From: Atractiella rhizophila
Lineage: Eukaryota
Length of the DNA stretch: 57,774 bases
Reading direction: 5' to 3'
NCBI GenBank assembly: GCA_021432655.1
Contig: MU271295.1
Span: forward strand, 46,657 to 104,430
Shown here in pieces: positions 24,841 through 37,868 of this stretch. Within the stretch, counting starts at the first letter, position 1. The number at the start of each line of letters is the position of its first letter. Both the position numbers and the translations under genes were made by a program. The notes beneath the pieces were generated by a model. The model was not told the DNA's origin and searched no databases. It was given only the letters and a program-made list of their open reading frames with translations.

Positions 24841-25999
24841 ATGTCCACGACCATCTCACCGGAAATCACCTCATCCCTCTCATCCAAGATCGCAGGTTTG
24901 TCTCCCTTCCTATTTCTTAGTGTCAATCTATCCATCTTCTAATCAGGAATGTTTACGGACAGATGTGGGCGCACGCGTATCCGCCGTCTTGTCTGACACA
25001 GATACAGACACTAAGGATCTATTACTGGAACTCAAAGAATTGGAGAAAGAGCTCTCGCACTCTCTTGACGCGTTGACGAAATATGACCAGGCCCAGTTCC
25101 AGAATGTGAGCCGTCATTCCCTTCACTCGTCAGTCAGAGGAAGGTGATGCGGTCGATCATGACTGGTGCAGCGGATCAAAGAGCTCGAGAAGGAATTGGA
25201 TACTTTGAACGCTGCGAAGAAGAAGAAGTCAAAGTTTGCTTTCAAGGGGACCAAACCGAAGGATAAGGAGAGATCCCATTCTACCAAACCTTCCACAGGC
25301 ACTCCGAGCGCTCCAACTCCTTCGTCACACACTCCACCAGGAACTCCTCCACAGAAACTCTTCGACCTTTCTTCCCTCCCCCCTTCCACTCTCCACATAT
25401 CCTCCCACTCTGACTCCTACCTCTCCCTCTCTTCTATCTCCTCCAAATCGCCGGATAAAGGTAGCATCTTGATCTCGGATTTGAAGAGGTGTGTGGTAGG
25501 ATTGGAGCAGGAAGAGTTTGGAAGCGTGCATATGCAGGACGTTGAGAGATCTTTGGTGGTATTGAAAGTGACGGAGGGGAGCGTGATCGTTCATGGTTTG
25601 AAGGATTGCGTTTTGTTTGCAGATTGTAGACAGGTGCGAATCTTTCCCAGTTATACTCCTCTTCCCTCTTAGTCGACCTTAATCGATCATTGATGGACGT
25701 AGTTGAGGATACACCATTCTCATAACTCCACTTTCCTCGTCCCTCCACATACTAACAGCATCATCGAATACTCCTCATCTCTCAAATTCGCCGTTCACCC
25801 TCAATCTCTCCATCCAACCGAAACATCGACGGAAATGAATATTCACCTAAAAGTGCAGGACTTTGACAATCCGCTACTGGATACGTCTCCGAATTGGATC
25901 CAGTTCGAAGCTCGTGGTGCGAGAAAGGTGTGGGACGAAGTAAGGGAGAAGAAGGATGTCATGCCGCTTGAAGAGTGGTTAGGAGATATGAGAAGTTGA
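24841..25999 (+). CDS. Tubulin-binding cofactor C (TBCC/Cin2-like)
   Basis: N-terminal helical domain with LTKYDQAQF and KKKSKFAFK; beta-helix ISDLKRCVV...SVHMQDVERSLV...GSVIVHGLKDCV...CRQ|LRIHHSHNS...IIEYSSSLKF...VQDFDNP..SPNW. Confidence 0.87.
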
Positions 26000-26185
26000 C
26001 GGGTTGCATCCCGAGAAGAGGATGAGGAATTGGAATAGAATGGTCTTGGTTAGGTTGCAATGTTGGCGAATTGATAGATGTACCAGTACGCAGAGCTGTA
26101 ACAAGTCCGGAAAGAACGTATTCAACAATTGCAATTGCATTCTGACGTGGATATACGATATGGTCCCGCGATGACATTCGTTCGA

Positions 26186-28226
26186 TTACACTCGCTGTGT
26201 CCCTTTTCTCCCCACTTCCAACTGTCTCGCCCAGAAGAACAGTACGTTCGAGAACAATAATGTTGTCTGCTCACCCAAACGATAAATCATTAGGACTGCG
26301 GTGATAAGAGAAGCTAGGAAGTGACCAACGTACCCCTGACCACACTGCAAGACTCCAGTAATCGTTATTTGCGCTACTCAGAATTCGACCTGCGATCGGG
26401 TTCCTGTCTCGTCGTCAGCTCTTCTCAAAGTCAAAATGGATAGATGAAGGAGAAGGTACCCGATCAGAGAGGCGATTCCTACCGACACATACATCAATGC
26501 TGTCGGATGGTTAGCTCAAACATATTTCGAAATGGCACCGAGGTCGACTTACCCATTCTAAGTCTGTATCACAACTCAAAAGTTAGAGATAGGCGGGAAG
26601 AGGATGGAGAGTGTGACGTACCCAATTTCGTGTGGAGCTCTGGCGAAAGAGACCGCCAAAGGAGCAAGGAGACTGTTGATGGCCCCTGAGAAGAACCCGA
26701 AGAGAACGCAAAAGGTGATCGCGGAACCCGTCTTTGTACATGCCACCCTGATCCAAACGCAAAACATTGTCAGATCTCAGCAATACTTTCGAGGAGACTG
26801 GGCCACTGACCAAGCGTAGGTGATGGCTGCAGTGGCGATATCGATAGGGATGATTAGGTTGATCACTCCCAGCCTTGAACACCATAGGATCAGTGAACGA
26901 CATGACAAAAGAGGTAGTTGCTTACTTGTCGGCGAGCAAGTTTGGTACTAAGCGTCCTATAACGCTCACCCCGTTCAATATCGCAAGCTGTTAACTCTTC
27001 ATCCATCAAACGGTTCTTGAAAATAGGTTAGGCACATACGGAGTAAAACGTTAAATGCTCGCTTATCCCGTGTAATCGAAAGAAGACTTGGAGATAGAAA
27101 AACTGACACAAGAGTGGATCAGCCTGAGCTTACATCTATAGAATCATGGACTTACAGGTATGAAGTATCCCAAAGAGACGAAAAAGCATCCTCCAGCGCT
27201 CAACAAGGCTGCTTTATCGGAGACCACGCTCTTAAACGTCCCTTCAGGGATCTGCGATCCAGCGTGACCCTCGACTGGGTTCCGCATGAGGATGTTGGCC
27301 AGAACAAGGCAGGGAAGGACGAGGTAACCGCTTGCTCTGACTCCCTCCGCGAAGCCATGTTCCTTGATCAAGTTGTTCAACAAAACTGCGTCAACATCAA
27401 TTGGTTTGGAATGAGCTGGATGAGGGAATGGGGATGGATGGACGAACTGGGGAAACAAACGCCGCCTAATCCACTCCCTGTCACTGCTACACCTAACGCG
27501 AAGGCTCGATGTTGTGCGAAGTAGCGGGAGACGCAGGCGAGAGAAGTAAGGTAGAGTAGTCCATTGCTCAACTAATTCTAGTATCAGTAATTCTTCCGCT
27601 CCACTCAATGAAACGCCGTACCCCTTGTCCCAGTGCCTGAACAACAAAAATTTCGGCGTACGTGTCACAGACGGAAAGAACCAGAATGCTTAGCTCAACT
27701 TCAGAACAAAGATAAAATCAAAGGTCAGGAAACAGACGCACAAGAGCACATGAAGGATTGAGCCGACGAGCAAGAGCCAAGTGAAGTAGCCTTTGTCGAA
27801 TAATTTGCCTGATACTACAGCGAGGACCCAAAGAAGGAATAGCTGGTGTTACCATGAATCAGCATTCACTCGTCCCCTTGTATAGTATAGTGGAGCGGGA
27901 AACGCACCTGCACTGAACCTATCCAGCTAATGTCACTTGAAGAGTATCCACGCAGCTGATCAAAGGTGTAGTACGCTTCGACGTACGTCAACACGGTTGC
28001 GATCAAAGCGATTAAGGAGAGGGAACAACTCACCTTGAAAGACTCCAAAGGCATTGACATACCCAAAAGTGCAAAATTGGACCAAGAAAGCTCCAGCGAC
28101 AGCCAACCATGGCTTCAAAGATTGCTCTTTAGATTGAGACTCGGCTGTAGGTTTGACTTCTTCCAGTTGAGACTGCAGTTGAGCGTCAGTGGACGCAGTA
28201 GACTTTTCTTCTGTTGTACTTGACAT
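26186..28226 (-). CDS. MFS monocarboxylate-porter family transporter (Mch-like)
   Basis: WLAVAGAFLVQFCTFGYVNAFGVFQ, SSSDISWIGSVQ, GKLFDKGYF, RAFALGVAVTGSGLGG, GRLVPNLLAD, FGFFSGA...EIG; many short introns; ends LEVGRKGTQRV*. Confidence 0.9.
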
Positions 28227-28656
28227 CTCGTCTTGGCAGTGTCTCGTTTACTTCAGCGAATATTCGTCGAGGTGGAGAGAAAACAAGGAATACTGTGGAA
28301 AGTAGTTATATTTAAAGCTTCCATCCATCTCCTGTCAGCACGCGAGAGGTGATCACGGAGAATATCTTTCCATGACAATCGCCAACGCGGTTTTCCTTAG
28401 AAAATCGTGTCCTCTGGCTGTCTGGACATGTTTTCGTGTCTCGTCACTACTCGTCCGTTCGTCCCTCCTACACATTGCAAACGCTGATCAAGCAGTAATC
28501 TGGCGAAGGAAAGCAGACGGCGCATCGGCATCGAGTATACAGCTTTAGCACTTTTGGGACATCACGTCGCCGCTACCCTTGCTTCTTCGCAGCAGACACC
28601 TGTAACCATAGGTGTCCGGCTGTTAGACGAATCTTCATATTCTTTATGCTACTCCT

Positions 28657-28688
28657 AGCAGACTTGCCATGAGCAGACTTGCCATGAG
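28657..28688. repeat. Perfect 15-bp tandem duplication AGCAGACTTGCCATG x2
   Basis: Directly visible at 28657-28671 and 28672-28686. Confidence 0.9.
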
Positions 28689-28754
28689 TCCTCTCCCTGC
28701 TCGAAACATTGTACCTTCTTGTCTAGCTTGATGAGTACGCGGAGACCTTACCGT

Positions 28755-30482
28755 CCTTACAGTACTTGAGCATCATGCCATCGGCTACAAACTTATATCT
28801 ACAATCGTTGCGCGACTTCTGGGTTCTTGTGATGCAAAGGCTGTGTGTGACAAGCATGGATTCTGATGGCCCATGAAGTTGCTTTGGTGTCAAAATGATA
28901 TCCATCACACGGATTGCTTTGAAGATTTCAGGTCAACAGCTCGAGCTGAACGTTGAGTCTTTTCATCCTTTGAATGAAGTGGTAAAGTTTTAAACCTCCC
29001 TTGAGCAATGGTTAAGGGAGGTTGAGAAGTACAAGGCTGGTGATGTCCTTCCAAGGTCCAGAGTATGAAGGGAGAGTATTCTTGATTCGTGTTTGATTTA
29101 TGCTCAATACGCTTTCATGCGTTACTTCAATGGCTGAATCTTTATTATAAAATAGGAAAGACTTTATATAGCTTTGATTTCAATGCAACGACTGCAACCC
29201 TGCAGCCTGCGCATGGACATGGTCCATCGTTCGGAAGCACACTTACACCTGCCCTGTTAACCTCTAAGCCCATCCCATGAAAGACACTACATCTTCTCAT
29301 CTATGCTGCTTCATTTGGAGCGGTTTCACTGTTAATTCGGTGGTAATATTAATTGGTGCTGCTAAGAACGGAACCTTGTTGTGCCTTCTCGCTTGAAGCT
29401 TGAACAACTTCATCCATTCCACGCGTTTCCCCTAAAATCAACATTTTCACGCCCATCGACTGGCGGAGGCGTATAGACTGGCTCTGTGTTTTTACGCGAG
29501 GCGATAACCAACCTGGTGTGAGTTTTCACCTTTCACTCTTCTGGGCACTGTTCCTTCATTCTTCACTTTGCCTATCCTCCCACATTTGCATAATTATTAT
29601 CTAAAAAAAAAAATACCTTACAGTACTTGAGCATCATGCCGTTGGCTACAAAGGTATATCTATAATCGTCGCGCGACTTCTGGCTTCTTGTAATGCAAAG
29701 GCTGTGTGTGACAAATCTGGATTCTGATGGCCCATGAAGTTGTTTTGGTGTCCAGAAATGCAATCCAGCACACGGATTCCTTGTGAAGATTTCATGTCAA
29801 CAGCTCGAGTCCAATGTTGAGTCTTTCATGCTTTGGATGAAATGATAAAAAGTTTTAAACCTCCCTGTAGCAATGGTTAACAGAGGCCGAGATTCAGTCA
29901 ATGATGTACACGGCTGGTGATGTGCTTCCAAGGTAAAGGATGAAGTCAGAGTATTATTCTTGATTTGTGCTTGATTTATGCTCAATACGCTTTCATGCGT
30001 TGTTATCAGTGGCTGGATCCTTATTATGAAATAGGAAAAGACTGAAATAGCTTTGATTTCAATGCAACGACTGCAACCCTGCAGCTTGCGCATGGACATG
30101 TCCACCGTTCGGAAGCACACTTACATCCTGCCCTGTAAACCTCTAAGCCCATCCCATGAAAGACACTACATCTTCACATCTTTGCTGCTTCATTTGGAGC
30201 GGTTTTACTGTTAATTCGGTGGTAATATTAATTGGTGCTGCTAAGAACGGAACCTTGTTGTGCCTTCTCGCTTGAAGCTCGAACAACTTCATCCATTCCA
30301 CGCGTTTCCCCTAAAATCAACATTTTCACGCCCATCGACTGGCGGAGGCGTATAGACTGGCTCTGTGTTTTTACGCGAGGCGATAACCAACCTGGTGTGA
30401 GTTTTCACCTTTCACTCTTCTGGGCACTGTTCCTTCATTCTTCACTTTGCCTATCCTCCCACATTTGCATAATTATTATCTA
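28755..30482. repeat. ~860-bp tandem duplication (copy 1 28755-29603, copy 2 29616-30482) joined by an A11 tract
   Basis: Both copies start CCTTACAGTACTTGAGCATCATGCC and end CACATTTGCATAATTATTATCTA. The 3' ~300 bp are nearly identical; the 5' parts are clearly diverged, with indels. Confidence 0.95.
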
Positions 30483-30538
30483 CATATTACCTTTGAAGGT
30501 GTTGTCGAAGTCTGGACTAAAGAAGAGGCGCAGAAACG

Positions 30539-33500
30539 ATGACCACTTCCTCTCCCCGAAAGTCAGCTGGTCCACGTTCATCCGGCCTCCCACCTCCGAC
30601 CTCGAGCGCGAACCCGTCCCTCTCCCGTCCCCTGCGCTCTCCCTTGCGCACACAGAGCTCGAAGGACTCGGTGCCGGACTCCCCACGCAGCGCTGGCGTC
30701 GGCATCCATGCGGGAGGGGGTGGAGTGAGTGCGGGCGAAGAGGGTGGGAGGGAGAGGGAGAGGAAGTGGGGCCTCTTCCCTTCTTCCTCTTCTTCGCATC
30801 CACAGTCGCCGTCGAGGAAGTCTCCGAGTTCGCCGACGTCGAGTAGATCTCCTTTGGGAATGGGTGGTGGGAAGGTGCGTGCTTTCTTCGTTATCTGTGA
30901 TGATGAGAGTGTGGGTTGAGTATTGGATGTTTTGTAGAAATCACCACTCCCTGTGTCTCCCTTTCGGTCCCGGACTCTGAGTACGACCTCTTCTTCCGGC
31001 GGTGGGATGAAAAAGTCACCTCCACCACCCTTACTCCTCTCCAACCCTTCCTCGACCAAACGCGGGCCATCCACCTCTCCAGCCCTCTCCTCCGCCTCTC
31101 CAGCTCTCTCATCCGCCTCTCCCCGGATATCGCAACAACCTCATCCCTCGACGCAGCGTGCAGCAAGGGAGGAAGAGACGATAGTCATCACCCGCCATCC
31201 CATCTCTGCATCACAACCACCGTCTGCGCACCCTTCTGCGTATGTGCGTGCAGATAGGACTCGAGAATCAGGAGCGGGCATCGGATTGGGGTTTCCCTTC
31301 TCGCCTGCTTCATCTCAGGGTCAGGGCCGAGTGGGATTAGCGAGTGCGAAGAGGATTGAGGATCTGGAGGGTGGGGTGGACGATGAAGATGAGAGCGATG
31401 GCTCGATAGAGATCGAGGCTGTCTCTTCTCCTTCTCCGTCCCCATCCCCATCCCCACCTCCTTCTCCACCTCTGTCGCCTGAAGACAGAGCAAGAGGAGC
31501 GTCCATGCCCAATACCGCTCTCACCGCTCTCGAAATGGGACTTTCCAGTTCTCTTCCCTCCGTCTCTCCCGGTCGCACGAACTATTTCAACATGGAGAAG
31601 GATGGGAATGTGGGAGGTGGAGGACCGGGAGGGGAGAGTCCGGTACAGTTTCGTGAGAGGACGGGTCTGGTGGGGATTGGCGAACTCGCGACGCCCAGGT
31701 GGACTGCAGATGTCGTCGAAAGAGTCATGGGCAGGTCCTTTTCCGAGTACTCCATTGGAACACCAGCATCGGCTTCTGCATCTGCGGCTGGTGCTGGGAA
31801 CTTTGGCGAACTCGCGTTTGAGGAGACGCCCTCGCCGCTTAGTGGTGCTGGTGGTGTCGGTTTGGGAAGGAAGGGGAGTAGGGGAACGTTGGAGAGGGAG
31901 AGGGATAGAGCAGGGTTGGAGAGAAAAGAGAGTAGGGGGAGTTTGGGGGAGAGGAAGAAAAAGAGGCTTTCTGAACGTGAGTTCATTTTCGTTTACTTAG
32001 ATAAGGAATGGGAAGCCCAAGAGATTGGATGGGATTTGATTGAACAAGAGAGGCTGATGTCGCCTTCGTGGATATGGGGATAGTGTCACGAAGAAGTATC
32101 CGGAACGCGGCCGCCACTCCTCCACCAGGATCGCGACCGGGCTCATCCAAAGGATTGTCCCAACAACAGCAACCGTCGCAACAACAACCGGCGCCGAAAA
32201 GCCAACCCTCTTCTCCGCGCGTCTCGATCGACGGTCCCTCGACCGCTGCAGCCAAGCGGGCGTCGATCTCTTCGTCCCATCGAAAATCGCGACCGCCGAC
32301 AGGTGACGCCGGGAACGCCCCTCCCACTCCTGGGAGGGAGAAGGAGAGGGAAAGGAAGAACAGTCACCATCGTTCTCCCTCTGCTGTCGCTAGTGCGATT
32401 TTGAAGACGGCCTCGAGGGACTATGAAGGTGTCGTGTTTGGTTTTGGTGAGGGGGCGGAGGAGATGGAGGATGTGGAGAGGAGGGATGGGGGGATGAAGG
32501 AGGCGCTTTGGAAATTGGATGGACTTACTAGTCCTAGATTGTCGGGCATGCAACAGCAACAGGGACAAGGACAGGGACAGGGACAGGGGAGGAGGGGAGA
32601 GGATGAGACGATTGTGATTGGAAGGGAGAAGAGAGGGTTGAAGAAACTTGTGCTCGGAAGTGCAAGCGGGAGCGTCCTCACCAATGGTGGTACAGGAACT
32701 ACACCGCCGACCCCGAGCTCAGCGTCAGGACAAAGCATGAAGAGGACGAGCGGAGTAGTTGAAGGGAAGGAGAAACAGAGCCCGTCCATCAATTGGTCCA
32801 ACGATGTCATGTCCCCTCCTCCCTCTTCGACTGGAGTAGGAAAGATGAGCACGATGTCGAAGCGTGCAAGCTCGTCGTCTACCTCTCTGAACGCGATGAG
32901 CGGCTCTACGACATCGTACTCGATTGGCAACTCCTCCCGGGACTCAGCAACTGGCACAGGCACCTCTCTGTCGCAAGCTTCGAAGCAACAGCCAGCAGTC
33001 AGGGCGAGGAGGAGCGGCAGTGTTGGCTCTGATACCTCGAGTGTGAGGAGTTCTGGAATGCAGACTGCGTCAGGGGAGACCACGGGGACAGGAGACGAGA
33101 GCGATATCGCCTCACTATCAAATAACAACTCGATCATTCCCCCCGTTCCGCCGATTCCGAAGGACTGGAACGTCCGTTCCCCGGTATCGGCTGTCATTCC
33201 TGATTTTGACGATGCACCGACGATGAGGAGGATGAAGAGAGAACAGAGCAATCATTCCCTTAAGGAAGGTGAAGGTCTTTTAAGTCCTATTGTGACAACC
33301 GTTGGTAGGGAGAAGGAGAGAGATAGAGATGCGAGTAGCGCTCAGAGTGGGACCCCAAAGAGTCCAGGGAAGAAATGGACTTTCTCCAACGCGTTGGGGA
33401 TCTCAAGGTCGCCATCCCTCATCAAGGAATCGATATCGAGTCCGGATTTAGCAAGGAAACGAAAACAAAGCGGTGTCACTTCGCCTCAGGCTATCTCTGC

Positions 33501-36500
33501 CCCTCAACCCCTTGTGGCTACAAGCTCTCAGTCTTCCGTGGACAAGGCTCAAGCGAAGAGAAAGTCGTCGTTGGTCCCGGAAATGCATGTAGAGAAGATG
33601 AGGAAGAGCGAGAGCGATATGAGCGTGACGTCCTCCTTCGAGGGGGGGAAGAGCGTGACTACGAAAAGCAGCTCGAGCCATGATACCCGGAACAATAGGA
33701 TCAGCAATGATTCGGATGCGACCCAAACTATGCTGGGTGCCAGCCCCAGTAGGACTCGATCTTCAGTCCTCTCACCACGAAGGACCCCGTCTGGAATACC
33801 TTTTTTCTCTCGAAAGACGTCGGGAACATCTGGCGCTTCGTCGAACGATGTAGCGTCGTCTACCTCGTCCTCCAGCCCTAGATTGGATAAACCTGACAAA
33901 TCGCCAGCGGCGGATCATCCTGGGCGGAAATCCATCCTCGGACTCAACTTCTTGCGGACGCAAAGTTCGAGGAAGTCGGCCAACGGAAGTCCAGAGAAGG
34001 AAAGGGAGAAGGAAGTGAAAGAAAAGGAAAAGACAAAAGAGAGTTTGGAAGTTTCGAATGCATCATCAGTGTCGAGTTCGACAAGGGCTCCGCCATCGGA
34101 TAAGACGGCGCAGCCGGTTGGAAGGAAGAGTAGTGTGAGCGCTCGAGCGTCCGTCTTGATTGGAAGGAAGCGTGGCAAGGTGCGTCCTTCTCCTTCTCGT
34201 TGTTGCCAAATCGAGCTTTATGTTCGTTTCCTCCTAAGACGTTGCCTGGCCAGGCTGAAACGCCGATTAAAAAGCAATCCATAACTCTTCCACCCATGCA
34301 AGTCTCCGCTATCCCACCTCAGACTGTGCGACGAGTCGAAACACTTACTTCGTCTGCGTCATCTTCTCCCATCAACACGACAAGCAAGATCGCCGCTGCA
34401 AGTTCCACTAGGACCTCGAAGGTTATCGAAGGGGCAAGACAGACGTTACCCACGATCCAAGGATCACCTTCAACTTCGGTCATCTCTACGAAACTCTCCA
34501 AGGCCTCACCGAATGATTCGTCTCCTGAGCTTCAACATGCCTCCATCACTCCCACTTCTCGCATTCCGCGTGGTGGAAACCAAAACTCGCCCGTTCCCAT
34601 CGGCAACAAGGTCTCTTCAAACTCCTTACGCCAGATATCCAAGAACACATCTGCTCTTCCGTCCGGGAAACGCGCTAGCTATTATGATACGACTGATTCC
34701 TCAGTTGTCTCTTCGTCATCTGTCTCCTTTCCCGTAGCACAAGGAATGCGAGAGGATACTCCAGTCGAAGATGACAACACCACTGTTAACGGGTCGACAG
34801 TAGGCTCTGCTCCAGCCACCAGATACGTCCGTCCAAGGAGGACCACGGAAACATCAAACAGCTACTTGCCGCGAACGAGGAACAGCGTCAGCACCTCGGT
34901 GTCTAATGACACAGATGCCACTACTTCTCAGGAACGATCTGCTCGATTGCTTTCCACCTTACAGTCGTCTGCTGCACAGTCAATCATGACTGGGTCTTCA
35001 GTTGCAGCACCGCGAAGAACTTCAACCACCTCCGTACAACTTGCACCAGAAGAAACAAAACGTTTCAGCAGTTCTACAACCACGAAGGTCAGTTCCAGAG
35101 ATAGCAAGATAGTGGCCCCTTCTTCAAGCTCCCGAACCATTGCGAAGGAGTCTTCCGCTGGAGCTCCTTCCGTGACTTCGAGCCATACCACCGCAAAGCT
35201 CACTTCTTCGCGACGATCCGTCGCTCAGTCATCGGACTTGATACCATCTGCTTCTGCCAATTCTTCACGTCGCAGCTCTGCTGCCGCCACGGACATTCCT
35301 TCTTCGAAATCCACTCGTACTCTCCCTGTCAAGATAGCCATTCATTCCCGTCTCTCCAAATCTCAAACCGCACCATCATTAGCAAAAGTTGAAACTCCGA
35401 CAGATTCAGCTCTTTCATCCCAAAGGAGTACTCCAGTTTCAGAAGATGAAGTTAGGGGGGATGAAGAGATGATGGCTTACGTTCGCCGTCAGCGGGCAAA
35501 GAAACTGTCCCAAGGAATGAACCCAGAACAAATTGACAAGATGTTCTCTTTCCCTGACCCAACGGAGCCACTTGCACCACTTACTCCCAGCGGTATGTTT
35601 TTATTCAAAGCTGAAACAGTCCTGAGGTTGGAGATGTGGGTTTAGATGCAATCCAGCTATATGCCCGCTACCTTTCCGATTACGAACGTGAAGAAATTTT
35701 TAAATACAACAAAATCTATTTCGTGGGTCCTGATTGTGCAAAGAAACCTGCAACAAGGGACAACTCAACGAACAATTACGGCTACGATGACGATCGGGGG
35801 GATTATCTAATCGTCCCACATGATCACATCCTCTATCGCTACGAGATCATAGACACTCTCGGAAAGGGGTCCTTTGGACAAGTCTTGCAATGCAGGGACC
35901 ACGCTACAGGTGAAATGGTCGCGGTGAAGATTATACGAAACAAAAAACGGTTCCATCATCAAGCTATGGTTGAGATCAAGGTTCTGGAGAACCTCAGGAA
36001 ATGGGTACGCTTTTTCGCCTAGGTATCTTGCCTTTGCTAACTTCGTTCGCTCCTAAGGACCCAGACGACCGTCATAGCGTGATCAAGATGACGGACAGCT
36101 TTTCTTTCCGAGGGCACGTTTGTATGGTCACTGAACTCCTCAGTATCAATCTCTACGAGCTTATCAAGGCTAACAATTTCGCTGGTTTTTCTACCGTGCT
36201 CATTCGACGGTTTGCAACTCAGATCCTTGCCGGTCTATCGCTCTTGAGGCATCATCGGGTGGTTCATTGCGACTTAAAGCCAGAGGTGCGCTTCCTTCCC
36301 CTCTTTTTTTTTTGCTTTGCTCATGGATGTTGCTTTCAGAATGTACTGCTCAAACATCCTGCGAAGAGTGGTGTGATCACAATCGACTTCGGAAGCAGCT
36401 GCTTTGAGCACGAGAAGGTTTACACATACATTCAAAGTCGGTTTTATCGAAGCCCAGAGGTCATTCTGGTATGTCCCTTGCGTGCCAGCTTGAAAAAACC

Positions 36501-37274
36501 TGATGTAGAGATAGGGCATGAACTACCATATGGCCATCGACATGTGGTCTCTCGGTTGCATCCTCGCAGAGCTGTACACTGGTTACCCAATCTTTCCGGG
36601 GGAAAATGAGCAGGAGCAGCTGTCGTGCATCATAGAAGTTCTTGGTCTTCCTGAGAAGTATCTCATCGAGCGTAGCAGTCGGCGGAAGCTATTCTTTGGT
36701 TTGCTTCTGACTTACGGTCTTCCCTCATGCTGACTTGCTCTCGCTCTCGTAGATCCTTCCGGCGCGCCGCGACCTTTCGTAAACTCCAAAGGACGCAGAA
36801 GACGGCCAGCATCGAAGACTCTTGCCCAAGTTTTGAAGTGTGATGATGAGCTCTTTGTCGATTTCATTGCAAAATGTCTTGCGTGGGATCCAGATCGTCG
36901 TCTGAAGCCAGACCCTGCCTTCCGCCGTGAGTTTCATGACATATGGCTTACGCCGCTCATGACCTTTGACAGATCCATGGATTACTGCCGGGCGCTCTTC
37001 CGGTTCTCAACTCCCTACCAGCTCACGTTCGGGCCGTTCGTCATTGGGAATGAACGCAAATGGGAGCACTTCCACATCTTCCATCATTTCCACCCAGATC
37101 TCAACCCCCCGTCGGAAGGTCGCTGAGAGTTCGTCGTCCAAAGTCTCGTCAGCTGCTTTCTCAGCTCCAAGTTCGTCTCGAATGAGGACACAATCTACAA
37201 GCACGGGAACCAATGCGGCGTCACGACTCTCTGCGACCGCAAAGTTATCCAACCGCCAGTCGTTGAAGTCATGA
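30539..37274 (+). CDS. Class-2 DYRK dual-specificity kinase (DYRK2/Pom1-like) with very long Ser-rich disordered N-terminus
   Basis: DH box [95 protein letters not shown]. Upstream ORFs 30539, 30953, 32068 and 34200 join in frame through GT-AG introns. Confidence 0.93.
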
Positions 37275-37868
37275 TTTTTATGTTCAAAATCCCTACACTC
37301 ACCAATTATACATTACATTAGTTCCTAAGTTGCCCGGGAAGAGGGAGGAAGAAAGTTTTAGACCTGATTTCTTACGTATCAATAAACACTTTATGATTCA
37401 TGTCCATTTCTTTCTTCCTCTCTTATCCAAGCTGAACGTTGCCTTTTGTTCATTGCATTCTTCTCATCTCTCATCTTCAAAAATTTCAGGTAGTGCAGAT
37501 TACAGGATGTTGATGGTTGATTGTGGAACGATTCTCTTTTCTTCCTGCTTCCGCATTTGCCTTTGGATCCACTCATCATTTTGAGGGTGAAGGTTTTCAT
37601 GATAGGTATTTAGGATCGATTCAAGTATGTACTTTACTTATATACCCCTCTCGTATGTCAGTCAATCATATCATTCTTGGTCCATTTCATTCAACTCCGA
37701 GATATGCAGATCAGTTAAGGCGCTGGGAATATCATCGATAATCTAAATGAATCTATTCTCCGCAATACTGAGCGCTCCGAACCCTGCTAAATATCCGATC
37801 TTCTTTGCAGCCCAAACAGCCAAAAAACAACGAAGCAACAACATAAAGAGAGAGAATATTCCAGAAGG

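Noticed and set aside
30060..30135. Cys-rich GCKCASERWTCPCASC suggesting a CxC/KDZ transposase remnant
   Set aside because: It coincides with a GTAAGT...CTGCAG intron-like segment, and no KDZ catalytic motifs are visible.
30232..33251. Long antisense or alternative-frame ORFs (e.g. 30232-30846, 30517-31074, 32421-33251)
   Set aside because: Shadows of low-complexity, stop-poor coding sequence of the kinase.
30876..34240. Apparent frameshifts between the four long kinase ORFs
   Set aside because: Each is resolved by a normal GT-AG intron (~30876-30937, ~31977-32083, ~34180-34238).
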